This document shows positions 14,513-28,650 of a stretch of 64,000 bases of DNA, piece by piece. The position numbers and the translations under genes are program-made. The notes below the pieces were generated by a model that was not told where the DNA came from, did not search any database, and saw only the letters and a program-made list of their open reading frames with translations. The DNA comes from Eledone cirrhosa (taxonomy: Eukaryota): positions 265,856,001 to 265,920,000 of the forward strand of contig OZ024742.1 in NCBI GenBank assembly GCA_964016885.1. Direction: 5' to 3'. Positions within the stretch are counted from its first letter, which is position 1. The number at the start of each line of letters is the position of its first letter.

Positions 14513-14551
<39 letters not shown>

Positions 14552-14786
14552 AGTGAATATATAATTAAAAGTTTCGCTGATATTTTAAGCTAAACAGTTC
14601 CTTTTCAGGGGTGTTTGAGATTCTAAGTGTCTGCCATCAAAAGCTCTACTTGTGTTTTTGGTATAGATAACCCATTTGCAAGAGACTTCCTAATACAGTA
14701 GTGCCGCGAATAATAACTACTACTATTTCGCTTGAATTTGAGAAACGACCATCATAATCTACATCAATTATATCTTATGGCTATTA

Positions 14787-14975
14787 TGCGGTGGATTGGC
14801 AGTATCGGTAGAGGGTCGGACACCATGCTTTGCAGCAAAGAGTTACGGCCTTTTATGGTCTGAGTTCAAATCCCGCCGAGATTAACTTAGCCTTTCATCC
14901 TTATGGGGTCGATAAAATAAAGTACCAGTAATACCCTGGGATAATTGCTGGCCTTGTGCCAAAAGTAGAAACAAT
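14787..14975 (+). mobile_element. tRNA-derived SINE
   Basis: Near full-length match to the family consensus. Confidence 0.9.
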
Positions 14976-15706
14976 TATTTATCAATGAAAACAGAAAAAT
15001 ATGATAAAATAATATATACTATTACGAAAACACGTAAAGAAAGTACACACTGGGTGAATGTTCCCAGATGCCGTATAATTAATAACTCAAAATATCTCGA
15101 AATAGATACCCATATATTAATGGGGGAATACACAGTATATAATGTGGTTCTATAGTCGCTACTAGAATTCAACAATATGCATACGTTATACACATACCAG
15201 AACAAAATTGTACTTAATTTGTTTTTAATTACTAGTGCCTTAACATTGTTTCGTTATGATTCTGTAATATGGACAAGCCGCAATCATAAGGTTCCGGATT
15301 CGATCCTACAGCGTGGCATCTTGGATGAGAGTAATTTTTTTTAGTTTTGGGTTGACACAAGCAATGGGACTGATATCGGGGAGAGGAAAGTGGTTTGGAA
15401 GCCTGTCGAAGGGATTATAATTCAAAGAGCAGTTGTGTCACATACTGTCACGTTGAATCTAACTAGCAAGTTATACCAATCCTGTCTGATTCTCTCAAAA
15501 TTAAATAAACCATGAAAGAATACAAGATAACATGTAGCACACATTTACAGGAAAATCATAGTGATAGACCTCGAAATTAGATTTTAGCTAGTACAGCAAT
15601 CGGTCTTGTATGTCGTCGTAACAAAATGAAATTCCACATTACTATTACAAGTAAAATTACGCTCATACACCCAGAAACTTTTATTATATAACAATACACC
15701 ACTATA

Positions 15707-15895
15707 TGGTGGTGAATTGGCAGTATCGGTAGAGGGTCAGACGCCATGCTTTCTAGCATAGTTATGTCCCTTTATGATCTGAGTTCAAATCCCGCCGAGG
15801 TTAACTTTGCCTTTCATCCTTACGGGGGTCGATAAAATAAAGTACCAGTAATGCACTGGGGTAATTGCTGACCTTGTGTCAAAAGTAGAAACAAC
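15707..15895 (+). mobile_element. tRNA-derived SINE
   Basis: Near full-length match; ACTATATG on both sides (possible TSD). Confidence 0.9.
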
Positions 15896-16267
15896 TATAT
15901 GTCTGATCTGTGTGTTTATGTAGAGGAGAACTTCGTTTGCGACTGATACTGCTGTGTTACACTTTTCTAACTAAATGAGCAAGCACAGCAAGCAAACGTC
16001 ACCACCAAGTCTGGAATAGTAAGAAGCATTCTGGTCAACTCAAGTAGCTTGAGTAAGGCAGTGTTACATTTGATTGGAGGAAATGTCACGAAAAAGTGTT
16101 AATCAACTCACAGAATTCATTAACGGCATTCATAAATTTTCCAGCCAGTTATTATAACCAGCATGGTATTCACGAGCCACTTGACCACACCTAGTTTTCC
16201 TAGTACCAGATATACTAAGTAATATGTATCTTTGTGTTGTACTGTTCAGAATTACCGGCAATATGTT

Positions 16268-16525
16268 TTACAATATCTTTGTAAAACTGTTTATAAAATG
16301 ACTTGAAATATCCTTGTGAGGTTCATTATAAAACGACTTGCAATATCCTTGTGAGGTTCATTATAAAACGACTTGCAATATCTTCGTCAGGTACATTATA
16401 AAACGATTTGCAATATCTTTGTAAAGTATTTTGTAAAACGATTTTTAATATCTTTGTGAGGTTCTTTATAAAATGACTTGCAATATCTTTGTAAGGTTCA
16501 TTATAAAACGACTCGCACGATCTCT
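16268..16525. repeat. 35-bp minisatellite, about 7 copies
   Basis: Unit TGCAATATCCTTGTGAGGTTCATTATAAAACGACT; GTTCATTATA recurs at 16321 and 16356. Confidence 0.9.
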
Positions 16526-19500
16526 TGTATTCTTTATTCATATTCCACTGAGGTAAACTTTGTATTTCATTCTTTCAGTGTCAATAAAATATGGACCAGT
16601 CAAGTATTTGAGTCAACATAATCGACTATAAACCTGCGCCAAAATTGCTAGAAATGTTTAGTATGTATATTATTAGCTGTGTTATTCATTGTTCGATAAA
16701 TACTATAAAGAGTTTCCTTTATTAAAAGAAGAAATAGGTGCATCTTGGAAAACATGCATAAGAAAATATTCAAAATTAACAAAATAGTGAAGGCTGTGTT
16801 TGTTCTATTTTTATTAGCCAACTTATTGGTCATGAATTAGCAGATTCGTTAGTGTCAGAAAAAAAAGTTATTATTGCTGTTTTTCTGGCGCTAAGTCCAG
16901 CTTTGCCTGTCATTCCTCAACAGCCAGTTGAGGAAGAATGGCAGTCAAATACTAGAGTCGATATTTTTCTGGGCCTTGTATTTAGGTTAGTCATTATCAT
17001 TGTTGCTGTTGTAGTTATCGTACTTGCTGTTTGGGTTGTTATTATTCCCATTTTGTTATTATTCTTGTTGTTGCTATTGTTAGTGTCAGTATCATCATTG
17101 CTGGGTTGTTATTATTGCTACTGTTCGTGTCATTGTTATTACTGTTACTGTTGTTACAATTATTATTGTTGTTAATATTGCTGTTGCTTTATTACAGTAA
17201 TGGTTGTGGATCGGCTGAATCAGAAAAAATGCTTTACGTTATTTAGTAACGTCTCTTTACTTTCTAGATTCAAATTCCACTGGGGTCGATTTACTCACAC
17301 CTTCATCATTATTTCTATACTTGTGCTAAAATTTGAACTCATCATTATTGCTGTTGTTATTAACATTTTTGTAATTTTATTACTATTCCTGTTATTTTTA
17401 TTGCTACTGCTATTACTGTTGTTATTGTTGTTACTGTTGCTGTTATTATTATTGCCATTATTAGTTTTTACTGTTGTCGTTAGTATAGCTATGCTACTCT
17501 TATTGTTATTATTGGTGTTGTTTTTGTTATTACTATAATGTTGTTTTTATTTTTTATTGTTGTTATATTATATAACAGCCAGAAGGAACAGTATCGTCTT
17601 ATCTTCAGTTACAATTTTAATTCATTTTTTGTTTCTCGGCCTTTCGTTACTTTAGTTTCTTTTACATTTTTTTTTCTTTGATACAAGGGTGAATATTTCT
17701 TCTATTGAGTTAAGTAATGGTTAACGCTAAATTAATTTTGAAAAATGTCAACAATTTACTGTATATTTTTGCTTAGTTCTTGCTTGTCAACTAAACCAAC
17801 AGACGTGTAAAATTTCTTTACAAATATGTTGTGTTTTCTGGAACCTCGTCAACAAATAAAATAAAAAAGAATGTACAGTTTCGCTAATTAGCCATATCCT
17901 TTTGGTGATGTAGGCTGTTGGATATATATAGATGTCAAATATATAGGCCCCGTATGTAGGTGGTGACGAGTTAAATATATTTGTGAATGTTAAGTGGATC
18001 TAGAAGGCCTACAAATGTTGACCACATAAACAGATTGTGAAATGGGTGACTGGCAAAATTTAATTTGGAGATGATTTTCTGACGATGTTATCTGCGTAGA
18101 CACAGTATGTAGATATTAACTAACTCAAATTAAAATCGATAATATTTTCCAACAAAAGGATATCTCAGTTGTGGAAATTAGTGATTTAGTTGATTAGTGT
18201 CGTCTCATTTCACTGCTATAATTGACTAGTGATAATGTATATTCGTGTCGGCATTTGGGTATAGTTTATTGAGCCAAAATATAATCGTTGTTGTTGTTTA
18301 ACCCAAGCAAGCCTTGATCAAGCAGATCTACAATGAAAAGTGTTCATTTGTATATCGGAGACTACATTATCATATATGTCCTTTCCTTTTTATGTCATAA
18401 GTGTATGATTTAAAGTTGATTCTATCAGGCCAAGTGACTGCATAATTGGCTTTATCATTGGATCATTAAGACGTGTTATTTCTCAGAGGAGCATAATATA
18501 CATTGTCTTATTTCGTTTATGTGTAGCAGGATGTGTTTAATTATCGGTTATTAATGTGGTTCCAGAGCTTTCTCTTGCAAGAGACGCTTCAACAAAGGGC
18601 AAGATATGAATACTAAGAAACTTGTTTGACATAGCTGTGGAATTTCCCCCTTTGATTCAATCATAATATTACGGAAACCACTTTTCAAGTTGACCTCCTA
18701 TATAACAATATCAGTTTTCTCTACTCTAACTATTAACATCTCACCCAGTCTGTCTCCTACGTCTCCCTCGTGCCTCTTCTCTTATCTTCCTTTCTTTACT
18801 CTCTTCCTTTCTTCTCTTCATTTTTCTCTCCTATTTTCTTTTCGATCTCTGATCTAGCATTTTACTCTTCCCACGAAAGGCTGCCCAGACTGTAATTGCT
18901 TCCGAACTTAAGTAGGGGCTATCTTAATGGTGTTAGGTTTAAACTGGATTTTCATCTTAACTTACCATTAGTCAATGTCCTTGTATCTTGTGATTTGTAC
19001 TTCAGCCTGGCTACGCGAGGGAAGCTTTGCTGTGTATTATAGACACTTTATGAACATTCTATGAACACGAAGAAAGTTTGTAACAAGTTCCCCATATCTA
19101 TCTAGTTCAATAAAGCTCCTTCATTGATCTGAGATTTCATCTAGGTAAGGTGTACCACCAATAACCTGCCGGTATCAACCCTTATTGTGAATTGCATGAG
19201 AATTTACAAATTTTGAGCGCGGGAGAATTTACGGTAATAGAAGTGCGACACTACCAACAATGTCTTCTCATATTCCTTCCTGTATTGCTTCAGTATATTA
19301 TACTCTATTGCGTACTAAATTGTTTTGTTATTTGGTTTCCATGCCTCAAATGTAATCGTACATGTTTTTAGTATACAAAACTTATTTTAATGCTACTTAA
19401 TACTTGCGACAATTCGAGATCAAAACGAGATTTATGCTGTCTTTTATTAACATTGTTTGTATTTGTTTTGTATTTTATTCCAGCATGGCGGCCTGATGAA

Positions 19501-21940
19501 CACCCGGGGATATTTCATGTCGGAAACTGCAACTAATCGATGTTGTTAATTTCAGTTCACCAAATTATATATACTCAACTTTACGGTATTTCTTTACTAC
19601 GTTACTTCCATTACCGTATAGTTATATTTATATAAATATATCTATATGTTTGAATGTTTCACAAGGGGCACACATTCAAACTGGTGTTGTTTTTCTTAGT
19701 GAGAATGTAATGAGTATCTATTGTGCAATAGAGGTTTTCTACCAGGCAGCCAAGTAACATCTTTGACCAAGGGCTAATGGCAAGCTGATAGCTAGAAACA
19801 GCGACAAACGTCTTCGTACTTTTAATTTCTCATTCAGAATGAGGTCAGCCATTTTCTTATTACTATAGCATATTATTTTTGTACCATTCACCCGTCAATG
19901 AGTCTTGCTTATTCTTCCGCCTTCTGTCTAGAAGAATACTTTACTATTTTTGCTTTTTTTATGGGGATATTTCTAGAAGAGAAGAATATTTTCCAATAGA
20001 TAAAATTTCGAATCAATTTTAGATTTAGTATCCTTTATATTGTATTTATGGAAGGATAATTTTTCTCACGATATCTTTATTAAACTGGAATGTAAAACAT
20101 AGAAGGAAATTTTGGATCTAACTTTTGACCTCTATGATTTCTATGTTTATCATCCTATACATAATGAAAAATAAGAAGCAACAACACAAAACTTCAACTG
20201 TATTCGAAATAAGCCCATGCTTTACAAAAAACAATACTAGATTACTTCTAAAATTAGAAAAAGTAAAAAAGTGAAGTTTCTGCTAAATTCAGGACAGTTG
20301 AAAAGAATAAAATGATATGACATATAAATGATACAAAAATAACATGCATTTGTATATATATATAATTTCTGCGCGGTTGCGAATTTTGTACAACCGAAAC
20401 TCTACATATTATTAATAGTAGACCATAGGTAAGTAACAAATTCTCTGATCCCTTTAAGATTTGTAAGCATAAAATGTCTGGAATAGCTGTTCCAGCGTGT
20501 CTCTCTCACCATCCTCCGGGGAAATGCTTTCTCTATTCTGTCTGCCGGGGCCACGGGGCGGCCAGCGCGTGGGCCCTCATTTGCTCATAATAGTGAAAGA
20601 TGGGGAGAGCGGGAGAGACGGAAGCAGTGACAGTAGTTCTTTTGTGTTTGGACCTGGTGTATATGTATATGTTTCAGGAAAGAAATATAACGCAAGTATT
20701 CCTTAGATTATATAGTTAGCATATTCCTTAGACATTAACCTCCACCCAACACGTTAACATAATCACTTAACCTAGAAGCATATCGTTGCGTCATTGTATA
20801 GTTACACGTGCCTCTCTTTCTTTACAACTGCCTAGCCCTAGAACATACATTAGACAGATATATATCGATTAATCATACTTCTGCATATCAATTCGTCAGT
20901 CGTCTGAATCAGTTGGTGTCAAAACGTATACACTCACTATATGGTGGATATGAGGACCGGCAGATACCTAAACCCAATTCGTACACAATATGAAAGCACA
21001 ATGCACAACTTCTCGGCACTAGTATGTTTACATTCTGTACGCAACAATGGGCTCTACAAATCTCCATAACATTATAACCGTCACATATGAATGTCTTGGT
21101 TTATTGTATACACACACATGACTTTTATATATCTGTATATTCTGTGGTGAGTATTTATGTGTATATATATTCTTGTGGTGTATACCCGTGCATATATGAG
21201 TACCCACCCGTTGTTGTCTCCGGTGGGGAGGGTATGAGTGCGTGTACATATGTGCATGTACCATGTGCGTGAATGCACGGATTTACACATCTTTTATTAA
21301 ACCTAGAACACACGATTACCAACATCACTATATATCCCACCCATCGACAATACACAGACATTCACCCCAATGTACACCACGGAGAAACTTGACAACCTCC
21401 ATAAAATATGAATATAGTACCAGCAGCTAAAATGAATGAATATATAAGTAAATATTCAGACTAATTTTTTAACCTATGTAAACGGGAGCAACTGACCCAC
21501 TTGCTAATTTGACACCTTATTCTACTGACCATCGTATGAATTATAGCAAGGGTGGTTCCCCCTTACACTGCCTGCCTACAGAAATAGTTATTTATATCAT
21601 ATGCTTAATGGAGGTGGGACTGCTACTACCATGTTCCCAACTACTGCAGCTTATTAACAACAAAAACATTACAATTTAATACATGTCTGATGAAAGCACG
21701 TCAAAGGGTTATCGTACAATCACTTTGATGTCTTTGAAATACGTATAAGAGGATTATATAATAAATAGAGGATGTACACTTAAAACCGTCTCTCTTCTTT
21801 ATAATATTTACACTCCGTTTGATATCTTATTGACAATACTTTAAGGAACCCAAGTTGTGGAGTGCCTTACGTCTGTTTACAACTAGAGCCGGTAAAGTAA
21901 CTGATCAACCAACGTTTCTTTACTTAAATAAGATATATAT

Positions 21941-22053
<113 letters not shown>

Positions 22054-22363
22054 TATGTGTGTGTGTGCGCGCGTGCGTATATATGTGTATATATCGTCTC
22101 TGATTGCAAAATGTCGTGCCAAGTAAAGCAGCAGCTTGTATTATTTCTCAATGGACACATATCAGTCGGAGTGACAAATTACTTATGTCAGTCGTCTGCC
22201 AGAAGTGTAACGTAATAGCCGACTGACTTCCTCCTCAACTACAGCTGCTTGCCATGACGGCAATTCTGGCGGCTTATTATCAGGCTCATTGCAGTCTATA
22301 CACTATCTTACCATAGAAACGACTACTAGCTACTCACCCTCACCCCGATTTAAGCACACACGA

Positions 22364-22366
<3 letters not shown>

Positions 22367-22458
<92 letters not shown>

Positions 22459-22527
22459 ACATATACATATACACACAAGCATGGATATATAAATATATGT
22501 ATATATATATATATATGTATGCATATA

Positions 22528-22567
<40 letters not shown>

Positions 22568-22597
22568 AGTATATATATATGTGTGTGTGTATGTATA

Positions 22598-22628
<31 letters not shown>

Positions 22629-22713
22629 CCATATATACGTATATATATGTATATATATATATATATACATATATGTATATATACATATATATCCATATAT
22701 ACATATACATATA

Positions 22714-22744
<31 letters not shown>

Positions 22745-22820
22745 ATATATACATATATACATATACATATATACATATACGTACAAATATATATCTATTC
22801 TTATATACATATATATACAA
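22367..22820. repeat. (TA)n/(GA)n/(TATACA)n compound microsatellite block
   Basis: Seen directly. Confidence 0.95.
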
Positions 22821-23104
22821 TTATGTATGTGGGTGGGGGAGAAAGAATGAAAATCAATAGTGGTTTCACACTGGTGCAATTAAGTGGAAGAAGTATTCAA
22901 TAATGTTAGATAGAGAGAAATAATATTTATTCGAAGTATCTTGTTTCCGGTTTCGGGCATCTGGTGTTGTTTTTAAGCAGGCTCATCGATGTGCAAGGTA
23001 GATTGTCAATTAACCAGTTCCTCATTACTTCCCCAGTAGTGACGGTCAATGGCAACTCTTTTCTATTTCTCTAATGGGTAGTAATTGATAAAGTAGAAAA
23101 TCAA

Positions 23105-23290
23105 ATTTTCCAGTCGTTGTCTTCCTGTTTCTTCTACAACAACTACAACCGTACGCGATGGGGCCCACCCACAGCCCCGGCGGACAGAATGGCGAAGGCG
23201 TTTCCCCGGTGGACGGCAAGGCAGACGCACTGGAAAAGCCACTCCAGTGTGGCTGGCAGATCCGGAGGCCGAGCCTCAGGGAAACTTGTA
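23105..23290 (-). mobile_element. 3' end of a CRE-like (REL endonuclease) non-LTR retrotransposon
   Basis: Minus strand translates LEWLFQCVCLAVHRGNAFAILSAG, resembling the C-terminal (L/F)QRLS.A.QRGNA motif of CRE-type elements; GC-rich island. Confidence 0.6.
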
Positions 23291-24378
23291 TCTGAGATTT
23301 ATGTAGCTTATCATATAATCTTTCTTTGGTAGGGTGTTCTTTCCAGGACGCTTTTAAAATGGCACAAAGTATACGCGTGTAGGTTCCTTCAAGGGGTGAC
23401 TAACTTTTTTTTAAATAAGTATATTATATTAAGGCAAGGCAATGAATTTGTTATGAGGAAATCGGATTAAAACTGTGTCGGTAATAGATCTGAGCTCCGA
23501 GTTTAAATCCCGCTGAGGGCAACTTTGCCTTACATTGGGATTGATTGAAGTACTAGTCAAGTAGTGGATTAGTTCTTTTTTTTTTCTCTAGAAGAAAACG
23601 GCAGTGTTCTGGCCTGAAGAGGGATGAGCCCGGCCAGGTTTAAATTTCCCAATACACGCCGTGTATCATGAAGGTGCTCCTACAACTCCATCAAGAATTA
23701 TGAAACATTTACATTGTTACTTTACCATATTGGGTTGAGGCCGAGCTGAACTTATACGTTTTGAAATAAGGGAGTAGAATTTGCGATGATAAAGTGTTTT
23801 AATACATTTGCTTCTTTGTTTATGTGGGTGGAAAGGGCTACAAACAGTATATCTCTTAAATTGGGTTTTGTTTTGTTTCATACATATTTCCAAAAGAGAC
23901 GTTTGGTTCCTATCAAATGAAAATCAACTGTAGTTCTTCTTACGGTACGTATAGAATAGATCATGTTTGGCATTCTGTGACACGTACACATACACATGCA
24001 AGCATACACATACACAAGCACACACAGAGACAAACACACTGTGCTAAGTGAGTAAACATATGAGTAACAACACCACTCGTTGTTGTGATAGCAAATATAA
24101 TTGTATTTTAATCGAAAGTAAATATGTAATATGATCTTTACAATGCAATTCATTTCAACCATATGTGTGTTTATATGCACTGCTGCATCTACGGTGCCCA
24201 TATATTGCATATATCAATGAGCACATTAAGGTAGTCTCATTCCAGGTTTAAGAAATGCACAAGTAGTGACAAATAGAAGTGTTGACAGACTTAGGGAACG
24301 ACAATATAACAATATCATAGACAGCAGAAAAATAGTTTTTCACATTTAACCATAAACGTACGCACGCGCACAACACAC

Positions 24379-24430
<52 letters not shown>

Positions 24431-24698
24431 CACACATGCGCCCACATACACAGGAGCACACACAAGCACACATTCGCACATTCATAATTTAATAAAGCTG
24501 AATGAGATTTTTAAAGAGGGGGTACCTACGTGTTCACATGTATATATGCACACATATACATATACACATATTCACACATACACACCCATATATTCTAGTT
24601 TATATAAATATCTGCAAACACCGAAGGGCATAAATTAAAAATTGAAACAGAAATTTTAGAATTATATAGCTTTTTAGAAATGAACTAAATTAAAAATG

Positions 24699-24735
<37 letters not shown>

Positions 24736-25091
24736 GCGCACGCGCACGCGCACACACACATACTCATTCTTCCAGGCATATGTACATGTGGATTATACAA
24801 ACTTATTTAAACATGAGCGGCCATTTAGACGCACACAAGGCTCACACACAGACATGCATACATACATACGCAAGTGTATACTCTTAGACATATATGCATA
24901 CACGTAGATATGCGTGCCCAATCTCATTTACAACTGCATATACACATACTGCACTTACATGCCACACATAGTTACCCATAGGCACACCCAGCAAACTCTT
25001 TGTAGATATCTTTCTACAAAGAGAAATGAATAGGCGTCATGTAAATTAGTCTGTGAATTTCAGTTAAGTTTTGGTTTGTGAGAGACATAAA

Positions 25092-25277
25092 TAATTGTTT
25101 CTACTTTTGGCACAAGGCCAGCAATTATCCAGTACATTACTGGTACTTTATTTTATCGACCCCGTAAGGATGAATGGCAAAGTGAACCTCGGCGGGATTT
25201 GAACTCAGATCGTAAAGGGACGTAACTATGCTGTAAAGCATGGCGTCCGACCCTCTACCGATACTGCCAATCTACCA
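25092..25277 (-). mobile_element. tRNA-derived SINE
   Basis: Reverse-complement match to the family consensus. Confidence 0.9.
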
Positions 25278-25402
25278 TTGCTATAAGTTCTCTTATATGC
25301 CGAAATTTGGAAATTTGAAACAAGATTCTCGATAAGCACCATATACATGCATACATACATACATACATACATACATACATACATACATACATACATACAT
25401 AC

Positions 25403-26166
25403 ATGGTGGCTGCCAACTCGTTTTCGAGTACGGCCACTACTTTATATCCATGTAAGAGAACCCCTACCGATGCGCTGAACAAGTGTGACTTTTTAGTCCA
25501 GCCAGCGACTTGAAAACTCTGGTACAAACACTACACTTGTGACAATTATTGACACATAGTGCTGGGCCCATGGTACCATGTGATGACAAGTGCAGAGAGA
25601 TCTCCAGATATAAAGCAATGCCTGTGCCGTGAAGCTTTTATAGTGAGCAAAGGCACTGCACAAAGCCAGTCCCACTCTCTTAACTAAGATGATATTTACC
25701 AAAAAGAATAACAAGTCAACATCATTGAATACCATCAGGGTTGCAGGTGTTATATCAGAGTTTTCCTTCTCCTAGAATTCTGCCTTGACAAAGGCTAAGG
25801 GGTCATCGCTTCCGGTGATTTGGGATGGCCATTGACTCTTAAGAGCTCCTTTGCCCTTTAACAGGTTTTGTTTTTAGTCATGCAGGATGTCCAAAGTCAC
25901 CCTCATCACCAAGAAACCTTGGTGGGGTTGGTTGCCAGTTTAGTCGCCAACGACCCGACCATGGGACAGGTTGTACTGGGATACATGTTACCAGTAGCAC
26001 CAACTGGTGACCTGACATACATACATACATACATACATACATACATACATACATACATACATACATACATACATACATACACACACAAACACATACATAC
26101 ATACATACATACATACATACATACATACATACATACATACATACATACATACATACATACATACAT
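25403..26166 (+). mobile_element. ~610-nt non-coding retroposon-like repeat with (ACAT)n tail, copy 1
   Basis: Homologous to 27827-28650 (ATGG(TGG)CTGCC...CTCGTT.TCGAGTA.GGCCA start; CCTTCTCCTAGAA; GCCAGTTTAGTCGCC.ACGACCCGACCATG; ACATGTTACCAGTAGCAC end); (ACAT)n on both sides. Confidence 0.7.
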
Positions 26167-27811
26167 AGGAATGGGGAGAATTACAACCCAATCTAGAAAC
26201 ATTTTTACCAATGGCCTAACTGTTTCACCGATATCTGACAAGGAGTGCTATAGATACCTGGGGATGGATGAGAATATATCCTTTAATGGTATTTGTAATA
26301 GGGAACTCGTAACCCCAGAATATTACACCCGATTAAGAAAAATATGGTCATCGGAACTCTCTCCACACAGTAAAATATTGGCTCACAATGTGTTTGCTGT
26401 TCCTGTCCTAACACCAACATTTGGAAAATTCGATTGGACGATAGACAAAATCCGAACAATTGATGTTAAACTCGAAAAATGCCAAACAACACCGTAAACT
26501 TCTACATCAACAGTGATATAGACCGCCTTTACTTGAAACGTAAGCAGGGAGGCAGAGGCCTAACATCGGTCCAGACAGGATTTGAGTGTCGCATCATATC
26601 CCTCCAACATCTACGAACCTCCAAGCGTAGGAGCCAGTATATTAAGCATGAGACTGATAGAATCATGAGAGTTGAGAAGGAACTCCTTGAAAGATGCTCC
26701 CTGCATGATAATCAAAACCTCACACCCAGAGAAATTGCCCAGCAATACCACAGTGAATCCATGGATGAAAAACTGCAAGCTTATCAGCAAAAAGTCATGC
26801 ATTGATATGTTGCCAGGAAGCTCCAGAGTGGGAGTAATATAGATAGGCAAAGTAGTCTATCTTGGACCAACAAACGCTATATTGGCTCCCACTTTGAAGG
26901 ATATGCTTTTGCAATCCAAGAACAGGAAATGAACACAAAATACCTGATTCACAAAAGAGATAAGGAAGCAGGCAAAAACCTGGATGTGACAACTAGTGTA
27001 GACTCTGCAGAATTAACATCGAAAATGTCACCCATGTCATAGGGAGCTGCCCAAAGATGTTATCATGGTACTATCTACCTATGAGACATGATGTAGTGGC
27101 CAAAACACTGTACAATGCAATGCGTACAAAAGATAGCCTCGACAATGAACATATTAAAAGTTACAGCAATGTGGAAGACATACATATACATAATATGAAA
27201 GAGTACTGGTGGAATGTTCCAGTAAAACCCCAATAAAATGAAGGCATAACAGACCAGATATTATGATATCGGACAGGGAGAAGAAAACATGCACAGTAAT
27301 GGAAATTAGCTGCCCAGCAGATGCCAATATAATATCAAAGATTAGCGAAAAGGAGAATTTTTATGCAGAACTGGTGAGAAATCTGCAGATACTCCACCCT
27401 GATTACACCTTCAGATTTATGCCTGTGGTTATTGGGGCACTGGGGTATGTTAGTAACTGCCTCAATACAAATCTTGAGAAGCTAGGCTTCACAGGAACAG
27501 AAAGAACACAACTAGTTAGGAAATTACAAGTACAACTCATTAATGGAACAGTAAAAATATGTAAAACATTCCAAAAATATTGCATCTAATAACTGCATAT
27601 ACACATGTACAGAGCATATACACATGCACACATACAACTCAAAACACACACATCCGCACATACAATAACATCCATATCTACACATGGATGCATACATACA
27701 TAATCTACCTAGTTTATGTTGTGTAAATTCCAATGAGAGAGTCTTGTGTCTATGTTAGAAACCGACTCTCTCTCTATTGGGAAAAAATTTGTGAAATTAT
27801 AAAACTAGAAG
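26167..27811 (+). mobile_element. 5'-truncated R4/Dong-clade LINE (RT C-terminus, CCHC finger, REL endonuclease, 3' UTR)
   Basis: YRYLGMDENI, AHNVFAVPVLTPTFG, DIDRLYLKRKQGGRGL, EGYAFAIQEQ, CRLC...HVIGSC, RHDVVAK, RPDIMI, MEISCP, PVVIGALG; frameshifted; flanked by (ACAT)n. Confidence 0.88.
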
Positions 27812-27826
27812 AACATACATACATAC

Positions 27827-28650
27827 ATGGTGATGATGGCTGCCCCCTCGTTATCGAGTATGGCCATTGTACGATATACCATTATTGGTAATTATTAATT
27901 AATTCTATCTAAGGGCGGTGAATTGGCAGTATCGGTAGAGGGTCTGACATGCTTTCCAGCATAGTTACGTCCCTTTACGTTCTGAGTTCAAATCCCGCCG
28001 AGGTTAACTTTGCCTTTCATCCTTACGGGGTCGATAAAATAAAGTACCAGTAATGTACTGGGTAATTGCTGGCCTTGTGTCAAAAGTAGAAACAATTAAT
28101 TAATTCTATCGTGCAATGCCTGTGAGCAAAGATGTTTTTTTATATGAGGAAAGACTGTACACTGAGCCAATCCCACTCTCTGAGCGACAGTAGCTATAAC
28201 CCGAAAAGAAGAAAAGATCAACATCATCGGTAACTACTGAGCCGCAGGTTTTATGTCGGAGTTATCCCAGTTTCCTGAATTGCCTTCTCCTAGAAGAATG
28301 CCCTGACAAAGGCTAGGGATCCTTCACTCCCAGTGGTTTAACCGCGCGATCGGGTATCCAGCCCGACTATTTCTATGTCCCCGCGCATATACATATACAT
28401 ACACATGCATATGTACATGTGTATATACATATTTACACATTTTTGGATGGCCGTTGAGTCTTATGAGTTCTTCCGCCCTTTGTCAGGTTTTGTTTTTTGC
28501 CCTGCAGGGTGTCCAAAATCACCCTCCTCACCTTGGTGGGGGTGCCAGTTTAGTCGCCGACGACCCGACCATGCGGCAGGTTGTAGTGGGTTACATGTTA
28601 CCAGTAGCACTAAGAGTGATCCGACATACATACACACATACCTACATACT
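27827..28650 (+). mobile_element. Non-coding repeat copy 2, interrupted by a SINE; a third partial copy follows at ~28655-28970
   Basis: Homology to 25403-26015; ends in ACAT repeats. Copy 3 shares CCAATCCCACTCT.TGAGC and CGCAGGTTTTA with copy 2. Confidence 0.65.
27910..28094 (+). mobile_element. tRNA-derived SINE with 16-bp TSD
   Basis: ATTAATTAATTCTATC at 27894-27909 and 28095-28110. Confidence 0.93.

Noticed and set aside
14565-14615. Minus-strand CUGAAAA...GCGAAAC
   Set aside because: C3-A8 mismatch, weak stem II and no stem I partner.
16852-17570. Leu/Val-rich membrane-protein-like ORFs
   Set aside because: Translations of degenerate (TTG/TTA)n low-complexity DNA.
19755-19812. TTGACCAA GGGCTA...TAGCTA GAAACAGCG possible HHR relic
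   Set aside because: Too many core deviations to call without a consensus.
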